Shown here: positions 15,906 to 22,761 of the stretch, piece after piece
Position numbering within the stretch: the first letter of the stretch is position 1
How the letters are laid out: every line of letters begins with the position of its first letter
IMG/VR virus record: IMGVR_UViG_3300035156_000199
Direction: 5' to 3' (one strand)
Origin: a virus
DNA: 43,607 bases
The notes under the pieces: model-generated
The model's input: only the letters and a program-made list of their open reading frames with translations
Databases searched by the model: none
Told to the model about the DNA's origin: nothing
Made by a program: the position numbers and the translations under genes

Positions 15906-16276
15906 GAGCCAATCCTCTCGACGCCCCAGATGACGTCCTCGACGCTTTTGAGATGGACGGCGCACCTCGAGCAGAAGTACTCACCGCGCGCGCCGACGCT
16001 GGCCGCGCGGCCCAGGTGATGCTTCACCGATGCCCACATGCTCTTCATGTGCTTGTCGCAGACCAGGACGATGCTCGGGCACACGCCGGACGGGGCTTCC
16101 CCCATGCCGTCGTGTGTCCTCAGCGCCCACACCGCGAGCGCCTGACACGGCCCGTGGCCGTGCGCGCGAGACACCGGCTCGTTCCCAACCGCGCACCCCG
16201 GCGCTGCGTCGGCGAGCGCGATGACGGCGTCGAGTTCGCTGACGACGGCTCTCTCCTCGCGGGCTTGGTCGTTCAT
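15902..16276 (-). CDS. Cys/His-rich protein, paralog B (124 aa)
   Basis: ATG 16276 is ATGA-coupled. It shares the pattern G.C.A.A.WA.RTH...CP...L.CD.H...C..C...D.IWG.ERI.S with the upstream gene. Confidence 0.65.
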   Translation of the reverse strand: MNDQAREERAVVSELDAVIALADAAPGCAVGNEPVSRAHGHGPCQALAVWALRTHDGMGEAPSGVCPSIVLVCDKHMKSMWASVKHHLGRAASVGARGEYFCSRCAVHLKSVEDVIWGVERIGS

Positions 16277-16617
16277 GACGCGATCCTTTCGATGCCCCAG
16301 ATCAGGCAGTCGAGGTCGCGGATCGGTTGTCTGCAGGTCACGCAGATGTGCAGGTGGGTGGGGGCGTGGCTGAGTTGCTCCCAGATCCTCGCGTAGGCGC
16401 TCTGCGCCTGGTGAAGGTGCGTGTCGCAGAGCAGCATCACGCGCGGGCAGCCCGTGACGAGCGCCATGCCGTGCGTTCGGATCGCCCACTGGGCTCGCGC
16501 TTTGCACGAACCGGCGTCCGGTGAGGATCCCGCCTGGGGGTGCTCGCACACGATGACCAGGTTCGGCAGCGCGGCGAGCGCCGGCGTCTCGCGGTTCGGC
16601 TCTGAGCTGCTGTTCAT
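16273..16617 (-). CDS. Cys/His-rich protein, paralog A (114 aa)
   Basis: ATGA-coupled. It ends ...CVTCRQPIRDLDCLIWGIERIAS, compared with ...CSRCAVHLKSVEDVIWGVERIGS in paralog B. Confidence 0.65.
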   Translation of the reverse strand: MNSSSEPNRETPALAALPNLVIVCEHPQAGSSPDAGSCKARAQWAIRTHGMALVTGCPRVMLLCDTHLHQAQSAYARIWEQLSHAPTHLHICVTCRQPIRDLDCLIWGIERIAS

Positions 16618-17759
16618 ACCTGCACCTTCCGATCAAGGTAGACGGGGGTCGGCCTGTTACCGCGTGCGTGGCGGCGGGCCATGAAGCTGTTGAGGGTGTG
16701 CAGGGTCTGCTCGAACGGGTCCACAGGGCCGGTGATCGGTCCGGAACCGAGGACGGTCACCGGCGGCGGCGGCGGCGGCTTCGGCGGGGGCGAGGGTGTG
16801 GGCGCCGGCTTTGGGCGGGCGGTCGGCACGACGGCGCTCCGCCGCGGCTCCTCGAACGCCTTCGGCATGGGTGTCTGGGCAGCGGCAGGTGCGCGGCCCG
16901 CCGCGCGGTTCGCCCGGTTCTGGTCGGCGCCCTTCTTGCACGACAGACACGTCCCGTCGACCCGCGCCATGGGCACCGTGCCAGGAGCCTCACCGGCCTT
17001 CGTGTTCGCCGGCCGGACCGCGCGACCGCAGGCAGGGCAATGCGTCGCCGGCGCCGGTCGACGGCCACCCGACTCCGACACGACGACGTCGGGCGCGTCA
17101 GGATCCCGCACGGCCCGCGCCGGGGACGACTTCGTCGGCTTCTTCGCGCCCTGGTGCGCCCTTCCCTTGTCGGCGCGCGGCTTCCTCGCCTTCGGCTTCG
17201 ACGGCTCCGGCTCGAGCTGCTCGACCAGGGCCTTGGCCTCGACGTTGATGGGGGTCAGCGGGGGCATCTCGTCGATGCGCACGGTCGGCGCGGGCTCGAT
17301 GACAATCGTCGCGGCGGCCGCGGGCGCGGGCTGCTCCTCGGCCGCCACTGCCGCTGCGTCGGCTTCCGCCTGCACCTGCTTCTTGCACTTCGCGCAGTGC
17401 CCCAGCTTGTCCTTCATCGTTACGGAGCCGGGCCACATCGACGCCGGCTCAGATGCTCGACGCACACGGCACCGGCACGACGGGCACCTCGTCGGCACCG
17501 GGACAGGCAGGACGCTACCCGGCGCAGCCGGCGCCGGTGGCGGTGGCGTGACGGCAGCCAGCGGATCCGGAACGGCCACCGTCGCTGCCGTGACACCCTG
17601 CTCCTCGACCCACGTCCTCGCCGCGGCGAAGGCGTCGAGCTGCGAGTCGTGCTCGCCCGGGACGTCGACCGCGCGGTCCTCGGAAAGCAGCACTGTCGCG
17701 AACCACTTCACGCCGTGCCGGCCGACCCGGGCCCGCGGGTAACTACGCTGCGTCGGCAT
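16614..17759 (-). CDS. Putative DNA-binding protein with two repeated CxxC...CxxCKK zinc-ribbon units and poly-Pro linkers (about 381 aa)
   Basis: ATG 17759 overlaps the ParB-like gene by 17 nt. The N-terminus (RVGRHGVKWFATVLLSEDRAVDVPGEHDSQLDAFAAARTW) is weakly AP2-like. The repeat units are TRCPSCRCRV...GHCAKCKK and THCPACGRAV...GTCLSCKK. Confidence 0.5.
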   Translation of the reverse strand: MPTQRSYPRARVGRHGVKWFATVLLSEDRAVDVPGEHDSQLDAFAAARTWVEEQGVTAATVAVPDPLAAVTPPPPAPAAPGSVLPVPVPTRCPSCRCRVRRASEPASMWPGSVTMKDKLGHCAKCKKQVQAEADAAAVAAEEQPAPAAAATIVIEPAPTVRIDEMPPLTPINVEAKALVEQLEPEPSKPKARKPRADKGRAHQGAKKPTKSSPARAVRDPDAPDVVVSESGGRRPAPATHCPACGRAVRPANTKAGEAPGTVPMARVDGTCLSCKKGADQNRANRAAGRAPAAAQTPMPKAFEEPRRSAVVPTARPKPAPTPSPPPKPPPPPPVTVLGSGPITGPVDPFEQTLHTLNSFMARRHARGNRPTPVYLDRKVQV

Positions 17760-19113
17760 CTTCGCCCTCCGCATTTTCGTCGTCTGGCTCAAGGGCCGGG
17801 GTCGGGAAGTACTCGAGCGCTTCCTTCTCAGGGTCAGACAGCCGGTACCCGTAGATTTCCTGCAGCGCCGCGAGCCACGGGCCGGTCTGCTCCTCGTACC
17901 AGTAGGAACGCCGGTCCCAGCTGTTGAGGATGCGCAGTGAGCCCTCCGCCTCGACCTGGTTGAAGTGCAGGAGGAGGGCAAGCTGCTCGAGCTGCAGCCG
18001 CGGCAGCCGGTCGAACACTTCCTGCTCGTCGAGGCACTCGGACCAGGTCATGCCGGTTGCCCATGCGACGCGGCGAACAGGGACGTCCTGCACGATCAGC
18101 GCTTCCAGCGCCTTTCGCGCCATCGCGTGGCTGCTCGCCTTCAGCTGCTCGAGCACGTGTGCCTCACGAACTTCCGCTGCGAGCGCGAGCGCCGCGTCGA
18201 TGTCGTGGCGGCGCTGCCTCTCCGCGAGCTCCTCCGCAGTGGGCTCGGGCGGCACGAAGGCCACGTGCGCCTTCCGCTTGCGGGCCCAGATGATCTTCGC
18301 CGTGCCGCCATAGGGGTGTTGCGTTTCCGCGTCGACGATCGCGTGGTCATAGCCCTGCTCGAGGGCTTCCTCCGCGGTCGTGGGGTCACTGTAGGTGCAG
18401 GGCACGAACTCGGACCACTGGTAGTACGGCCCCTCGGGAGGTTCGATGAGCGTGATGCCGCCAGCCTCGAGCTCCTTCCGGAGCTTCGGGAGGCCAGCCT
18501 TCCAGTCGCGCTCCTTCTGCAGCCGCTTCACCTGCACCTGCCACGTGGAGTGATCACGGGCGGGGATGCATTCAAGCTGGTTCACGGCCGTCGGGTCGTC
18601 CTGGAACTCGACGAGGACGAGCGCCCGCTCGAGCGTGAGGGCGCCGTCGTGCAGGCTCTCCGCCTGACCCTCGCTCAGCTTCCCGAGCTTCAGCCGCTCC
18701 TTCACCGTCCGCTGCGAGCGCCCCGTGCTCTTCGCCAGGCGGGCGACGTCGTACCCGTCGAGGTCGATCAGGTACTGGTACGCGCGGGCCTCCTCGACAG
18801 GGCTGATGTCCACGCGCTGCAGGTTCTCGACGAGCATCGCCTCGACCTGCTGCGCCTCGGTCTTCAGCCCGGTGTTGATGATGCACGGCGCCGTCGAGAT
18901 CCGGGCGGATCGGGCCGCGGCGAGACGGCGGTGGCCGGCGATGACCGTGAACTCGTCCTTCACCTCAGGGTGCGGGGCGACGATCAGTGGCTCGATGATG
19001 CCCTGCGCCTTGATCGAGTCCGCCAGCTCGGCGACGTCGTCGACCTTCGTGCGCACGTTGTTCGGGTGAGCGTGCAGCTGCGTGAGCGGCAGCTCCTTCA
19101 GTCTCATGGCCAT
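17743..19113 (-). CDS. ParB/Srx-domain protein (orphan ParB-like, 456 aa)
   Basis: ATG 19113 has GAGAGGAAAG upstream. Motifs are LTQLHAHPNNVR, IIEPLIV and VIAGHRRLAAARSA (the ParB arginine patch), followed by the HTH DVARLAKSTGRSQRTVKERL. Confidence 0.8.
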   Translation of the reverse strand: MAMRLKELPLTQLHAHPNNVRTKVDDVAELADSIKAQGIIEPLIVAPHPEVKDEFTVIAGHRRLAAARSARISTAPCIINTGLKTEAQQVEAMLVENLQRVDISPVEEARAYQYLIDLDGYDVARLAKSTGRSQRTVKERLKLGKLSEGQAESLHDGALTLERALVLVEFQDDPTAVNQLECIPARDHSTWQVQVKRLQKERDWKAGLPKLRKELEAGGITLIEPPEGPYYQWSEFVPCTYSDPTTAEEALEQGYDHAIVDAETQHPYGGTAKIIWARKRKAHVAFVPPEPTAEELAERQRRHDIDAALALAAEVREAHVLEQLKASSHAMARKALEALIVQDVPVRRVAWATGMTWSECLDEQEVFDRLPRLQLEQLALLLHFNQVEAEGSLRILNSWDRRSYWYEEQTGPWLAALQEIYGYRLSDPEKEALEYFPTPALEPDDENAEGEDADAA

Positions 19114-19171
19114 AGCAGGGCTTTCCTCTCGGGTCGGGGTTGCTTCGGTAGTGGTGTTCTGAACGTCTGCC

Positions 19172-19357
19172 TCACGGCTTCCCGCCCTTGTGGATGAGCT
19201 GAGGAGCGCGGGCCGGCATGATGCCCTGGATGTTCCGGCCGCGGTGACTTCGGCGAGCACGGCGCACTATCAGCCGCACAGCCTGCCGCGCGTACATCGG
19301 GATGCCGCCGTCGACTGAGACGGTCATCTTCGACGACCCGAACCAGCCGCGCTTCAT
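19172..19357 (-). CDS. Small basic protein, 61 aa
   Basis: ATGA-coupled. It reads MKRGWFGSSKMTVSVDGGIPMYARQAVRLIVRRARRSHRGRNIQ... Confidence 0.45.
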   Translation of the reverse strand: MKRGWFGSSKMTVSVDGGIPMYARQAVRLIVRRARRSHRGRNIQGIMPARAPQLIHKGGKP

Positions 19358-19539
19358 GGCTTCCACTCCGTCTCGATGACGATGCCGGCGGCCGCGCCGA
19401 AGATCATGAGGTGGCGGAAGTTGAACGCTGCGGTGAGCCAATCACCCGGGACGGCGACCGCGACCAGGCCGACGGCGAGGACAGCCCACCAACCGAGTAA
19501 CCGCAGCGCGTGCCGGCCCTCCGGGGTCCGGGGAGTCAT
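19354..19539 (-). CDS. Small 2-TM membrane protein, 61 aa
   Basis: ATGA-coupled. It reads MTPRTPEGRHALRLLGWWAVLAVGLVAVAVPGDWLTAAFNFRHLMIFGAAAGIVIETEWKP. Confidence 0.5.
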   Translation of the reverse strand: MTPRTPEGRHALRLLGWWAVLAVGLVAVAVPGDWLTAAFNFRHLMIFGAAAGIVIETEWKP

Positions 19540-19838
19540 GAGCTGGCCGAGGGCTTGAGCACTGCACGGAATCCGGTGACGGTCGGATACTCGGGATGCG
19601 GCACCTGCTCGTGCGTCACGACGTAGTCGAACGCGCCCAAGCTCCTGCTCGAACCGAGCTCCCGCATCCGCACCTGCGCGCGGCACCTCGTCTCCCACTG
19701 CGAGCGCGTGAACCACTGGCCGCGCAGCGGGCCGCGGCCGCAGACCACGAGCTCCTCGCGCGCCCAGTCCGGGAGCTTCCCCTCGGCGTCGACCTCGAGA
19801 CCCGGCTGCCGGGTGTTCCGTGCTGGCCTGCGCGCCAT
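19536..19838 (-). CDS. Hypothetical early protein, 100 aa
   Basis: ATG start with high third-position G+C. I recognised no family. Confidence 0.55.
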   Translation of the reverse strand: MARRPARNTRQPGLEVDAEGKLPDWAREELVVCGRGPLRGQWFTRSQWETRCRAQVRMRELGSSRSLGAFDYVVTHEQVPHPEYPTVTGFRAVLKPSASS

Positions 19839-19853
19839 CGCTGATCCCCGCGC

Positions 19854-20414
19854 TCATCGCCGGGTCCGAGCGGCGCGCACCGCGGCGGCCACATTCGCGG
19901 GTGTGACCCCCGGCGTCCACGTGGGGCGGTCGGCCGGTCTTGTGCCGAAGTTAGCTGCGGCCTGCTCGAGCGTCGCGCCGTCCGACGGCGCCGGTAAAAG
20001 CTTCACGGGCGCCTGGTCAAGGATCTCCATGGCCTTCCGCCCGTTCTCGCGCCACAGCACGGCATCAGCGTCGATGGCTGCGGCGAGCTGCTGGACCTCT
20101 GCCTGGAAACGCCGGGTCGCCGTGCGGAGGTTCTCCGCTGCATCAGGGCCCTGACCGTTCCGATCGAATGAAGGCAGTGCGCCGGCGGCGATCTTCACGT
20201 AGTGGAGGTGATCCATGAGACGCGGCAGCTTCGCTACGCGCTCCTCGCGGACCTTGCTGCGCTCCTCCTCAGCACGCCGTCGTGCGTCGCGGTCGTTGTG
20301 GTCGTACGTCGACCAGTGCGGGTGATTCAGCGCACCGAAGTAGAGGTTGAACGGCAGCGAGATTTCTTCGTCAGGCTGCTCGTGCCCTGATTCGGGCATA
20401 GGCGTAGCTGTCAT
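19854..20414 (-). CDS. Hypothetical early protein, 186 aa
   Basis: ATG 20414 has GAGGA 6 nt upstream. It reads MTATPMPESGHEQPDEEISLPFNLYFGALNHPHW... Confidence 0.6.
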   Translation of the reverse strand: MTATPMPESGHEQPDEEISLPFNLYFGALNHPHWSTYDHNDRDARRRAEEERSKVREERVAKLPRLMDHLHYVKIAAGALPSFDRNGQGPDAAENLRTATRRFQAEVQQLAAAIDADAVLWRENGRKAMEILDQAPVKLLPAPSDGATLEQAAANFGTRPADRPTWTPGVTPANVAAAVRAARTRR

Positions 20415-20451
20415 CGTTGGTCCTCGAGAGCGTGGTGATGGTGGGGGAGGG

Positions 20452-20525
20452 GGCTGGGGAGCGCGGGTCTCAGGCACGCTCCCCAGCCGGTTGGACTCCT
20501 GCGGCGATGGGGGACGCCGCAGGAG
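20452..20525 (-). terminator. Two tandem perfect GC hairpins (12-bp and 11-bp stems) just downstream of the 418-aa gene
   Basis: The first is ggctggggagcg/cgctccccagcc (20452-63 with 20477-88). The second is ctcctgcggcg/cgccgcaggag (20496-506 with 20515-25). Neither has a U-tract. Confidence 0.45.
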
Positions 20526-20528
20526 GGT

Positions 20529-21785
20529 CTAGTGGTCGCTGATGTACTGAGCGAAGGTGTGCGGGCCGACGCGCGAGGGCGGGGTGTCGCAGGTGACGCA
20601 GCGGATCATGTACATCCCATCCGCTCGTGGGTCGCCGGTGAGCGCGAACGAGTGCAGTCGGGGAGGATCGAATCGATCCGGATCAGAGGCCGGTACTCCC
20701 GCCGATGCGAGGAACTCGCGAGTCGACTGGCCGTATCGCGGCGAGGACGGAGCTGGCAGAAGTGTGCCGCGGGTAATGCTGTGAGCCCGGCACCCGACGA
20801 CGACGTTCTCCGCAGTCAGAGGCCGGTAGATGTCGAGATGTACATAGACGCCCGAACTCACGACGCCCTCTACAGCCCACGAGACGCCGCACCCGCAGTA
20901 GCGGCACTGGTCGCCATCGCGCCGGCGAACCTCGGCGAGCGCGTCGCCAATCCGCTCCGCGGCCCCGTCGTGCTCGGCCGCCGACAATGGAGGGGAGGAC
21001 GCGATATTCCGAACCCCGTTACGGGCCTTCTCAAACGCCGAGGGTGCAGCCGGCGCGTCAGCAGGGGGAGCCGACGCGCCGCCTTCCTCTGCTCCTACAG
21101 TTGGGGTCATCACACCCGCACCAGACGGTGCACCAACCGAAGGAGAAGTCTCATGGCCGATCGAGATGAAGACGTCGCGCTGCCCATCAGTGCTGAGCTG
21201 ATCAAGGAGCTCACCGACCTGGCGGAGAACGCCGGACTCGAGCGCGCTATCGCTGACAGTGATGTGAAGGCTCTGGGTCTTGTCATCAGCCAACTGATCT
21301 CGTTCAACACTCGACTGCTGGTAGGCGTTGCCCGGCTTGAGGCTCAACACCTCGGAGTGCAACTGCCTGAGGTTTTCGGCGAGAGCCCGGATCCGTGGGG
21401 CGAACTGCCCGGCGTGTGACTGAGCGTCGCGGGTCGCCGCTGCAGCGGACTCCGCAGCGCACGAGCGTAGGAACTCCAGGGTGCGCTTGCCGTACACGGG
21501 ATCCGCAGGGACCGGACGAACCGCGAGCTTGCCACCCGTGGCTACTTCAGCCTCATGCTCCTGGCACGCGACGACGAAGCCATCCGATATCCACCGCCAG
21601 GAATCGACCTCCGATTGAGGAACGGCGCTGTACGTCGCGGCCAGCCCACTCTTGCGGTCGCCACCCCAGGTGACCACCGCGTTGCAGTAGCGACACTGGT
21701 CGCCGTCCCGCTCCCGGATCGCCCGGCGCACATCCGCGCGGCCCGCCAGGCCAAGCTTGTCGGAATCGAGCTTCCACGGGCTCAT
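20529..21785 (-). CDS. Immediate-early protein with two degenerate HNH-like (RDGDQCRYC) modules, 418 aa
   Basis: ATGA-coupled to the Cro/Xis-like gene. N-terminal IRERDGDQCRYCNAVVTW and C-terminal RRRDGDQCRYCGCGVSW modules are each followed by a ...YG(K/Q).T.EFL... segment. The canonical DH...N...CN..K residues are absent. Confidence 0.6.
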   Translation of the reverse strand: MSPWKLDSDKLGLAGRADVRRAIRERDGDQCRYCNAVVTWGGDRKSGLAATYSAVPQSEVDSWRWISDGFVVACQEHEAEVATGGKLAVRPVPADPVYGKRTLEFLRSCAAESAAAATRDAQSHAGQFAPRIRALAENLRQLHSEVLSLKPGNAYQQSSVERDQLADDKTQSLHITVSDSALESGVLRQVGELLDQLSTDGQRDVFISIGHETSPSVGAPSGAGVMTPTVGAEEGGASAPPADAPAAPSAFEKARNGVRNIASSPPLSAAEHDGAAERIGDALAEVRRRDGDQCRYCGCGVSWAVEGVVSSGVYVHLDIYRPLTAENVVVGCRAHSITRGTLLPAPSSPRYGQSTREFLASAGVPASDPDRFDPPRLHSFALTGDPRADGMYMIRCVTCDTPPSRVGPHTFAQYISDH

Positions 21786-22021
21786 GCCGACGCCGCCTCA
21801 GACTCGGCGGCCGTCGCGGACCCGATGCTGGCGCGCTTCACACGGAGGGCTTCGACCGCGGTTGCGTCGAACAGATAGCCGCCGCGTTTCCCCGGCAACT
21901 TCGCCAGGGGCGTGAGATCGCCGGTGTCGACCAAGCGGAGCGTGGTGCTCACGGAGAGGCCGAGAATGTTGGACGCAACACTCGTCGGCACCGCGTCAGT
22001 CTTGTTGTTTTCGTCAATCAT
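21782..22021 (-). CDS. Excisionase-family (MerR-like) HTH protein in the Cro position
   Basis: 79 aa. VASNILGLSVSTTLRLVDTGDLTPLAKLPGKRGGYLFDATAVEALR matches the HTH_17 pattern. It is divergent from the repressor, has no SD and appears leaderless. Confidence 0.65.
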   Translation of the reverse strand: MIDENNKTDAVPTSVASNILGLSVSTTLRLVDTGDLTPLAKLPGKRGGYLFDATAVEALRVKRASIGSATAAESEAASA

Positions 22022-22027
22022 GGTGCC

Positions 22028-22056
22028 AGCATGGCTAACGTTTGCGATTTAAGCAA
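22028..22056 (-). promoter_or_regulatory. Candidate leftward (lytic) promoter: -35 TTGCTT, 17-nt spacer, -10 CATGCT, 6 nt to the A of the ATG (leaderless)
   Basis: Read on the minus strand as ttgctt-aaatcgcaaacgttagc-catgct-ggcacc-ATG. Confidence 0.4.
22034..22045. promoter_or_regulatory. Candidate operator: imperfect 12-bp palindrome GCTAACGTTTGC centred on AACGTT
   Basis: It lies in the spacer of the leftward promoter. A related GCTAAACGTTC sits at 22068-22078, and a GCAAC-N7-GTTGC inverted repeat at 22053-22069 spans both -35 boxes. Confidence 0.35.
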
Positions 22057-22065
22057 CCCCGACTG

Positions 22066-22095
22066 TTGCTAAACGTTCTTCATCTGCCGTACCTT
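22066..22095 (+). promoter_or_regulatory. Candidate rightward (repressor/int) promoter: -35 TTGCTA, 18-nt spacer, -10 TACCTT, 7 nt to the ATG (leaderless)
   Basis: ttgcta-aaacgttcttcatctgccg-tacctt-tggcgtt-ATG. There is no SD upstream of the repressor ATG. Confidence 0.4.
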
Positions 22096-22102
22096 TGGCG
22101 TT

Positions 22103-22504
22103 ATGAGCACTGAGACCCATTCCAACATCAGCCAGCCCAGGCGGATTCCTGCTTGGACGATAGGTGACCGCCTCCGGAAGGCTCGAGAGGTGACCGGACT
22201 TAACCAAGCCGAGTTCGCGGCAGAGATTGACGTGTCCGCTGGGACCATCCGCAACTACGAGCTGGGCAAGGTCGAGCCGCGCCGAATCGTGCTCAAGCAG
22301 TGGGGCCTGCGCTCGGGTGTACCGCTGTATTGGCTGGTCAGGGGTATCGGAGAAAATGAAGAGTCCCCGTCAGGTGGACCTGACGGGGACTCTGGGGTGC
22401 ACCCCTCGGGACTTGAACCCGAAACCCATTGGTTAAGAGTCGTCCGGGATGCAGGGTTGAGCGTACCCGAGCGTCAGCGCGAGTTCGAACCGGCAGCAGC
22501 ATGA
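22103..22504 (+). CDS. XRE-family (CI-like) repressor, 133 aa in the viral form
   Basis: The HTH is WTIGDRLRKAREVTGLNQAEFAAEIDVSAGTIRNYELGKVEP...LYWLVRG. The C-terminal tail runs through the attP core and ends EFEPAAA. Its stop overlaps the next ATG (ATGA). Confidence 0.8.
   Translation: MSTETHSNISQPRRIPAWTIGDRLRKAREVTGLNQAEFAAEIDVSAGTIRNYELGKVEPRRIVLKQWGLRSGVPLYWLVRGIGENEESPSGGPDGDSGVHPSGLEPETHWLRVVRDAGLSVPERQREFEPAAA
22394..22440 (-). other. attP common-core candidate: 3' half of a tRNA-Lys(CUU) (anticodon loop to discriminator), not a complete tRNA
   Basis: The minus strand reads A CTCTTAA CCAAT GGGTT TCGGG TTCAAGT CCCGA GGGGTGC A. It has a perfect T-arm with a canonical T-loop, plus U33 and A37. 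No D-arm or 5' acceptor lies upstream. Confidence 0.65.
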
Positions 22505-22761
22505 GCCCGGCGAAGGAGCTCACCGCGCGCGGTGTGAAAGTACGGCTGACCCGCGCCGGCGTCGATCGCTCGAAGCTCGAGATCACCGACGTCATGCAGC
22601 GATTCCGCCACGTCGACCTCCACATGACCGGGGCGTGGAAGCGACGCAACACCGTCGTCATCACCGGGACGCGTGACGAGCGGCGGAAGGCCGACGATGT
22701 GCTTTCTTCGGCAGGCTTCTGGTGCGCGCCGTACCCGGACCGGAGCGAGTGGCACGCGTGA
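22501..22761 (+). CDS. Hypothetical protein, 86 aa, coupled to the repressor
   Basis: The ATG overlaps the repressor stop. Third-position G+C is high. It reads MSPAKELTARGVKVRLTRAGVDRSKLEITDVMQRFRHVDLHMTGAWKRRN... Confidence 0.6.
   Translation: MSPAKELTARGVKVRLTRAGVDRSKLEITDVMQRFRHVDLHMTGAWKRRNTVVITGTRDERRKADDVLSSAGFWCAPYPDRSEWHA

Noticed and set aside
16668-19197. Long plus-strand ORFs (for example 16668-17927, 17965-19197, and also 4156-5250, 9147-9995, 40921-42264)
   Set aside because: These are shadow ORFs typical of high-G+C DNA. They are Arg/Gly/Pro/Ala-rich and lie antisense to minus-strand genes that have clear family signatures and coupled starts.
18541-19924. parS sites for the ParB-like protein (CCACGTGG at 18541 and 19917)
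   Set aside because: An 8-bp palindrome seen twice is too short and too infrequent to distinguish from chance. No 14-16-bp parS-like palindrome was noticed.
22394-22440. An intact tRNA gene on the minus strand
   Set aside because: Only the anticodon loop to the 3' acceptor strand is present. The sequence upstream (22441-22480) cannot form the anticodon-stem 5' strand, a D-arm or a 5' acceptor strand, so I interpret it as an attP core rather than a gene.
22481-22492. A second T-loop-like string (GAGTTCGAACC) that might mark another tRNA fragment
   Set aside because: The flanking bases cannot form a T-stem on either strand. It is most likely chance within the repressor coding tail.
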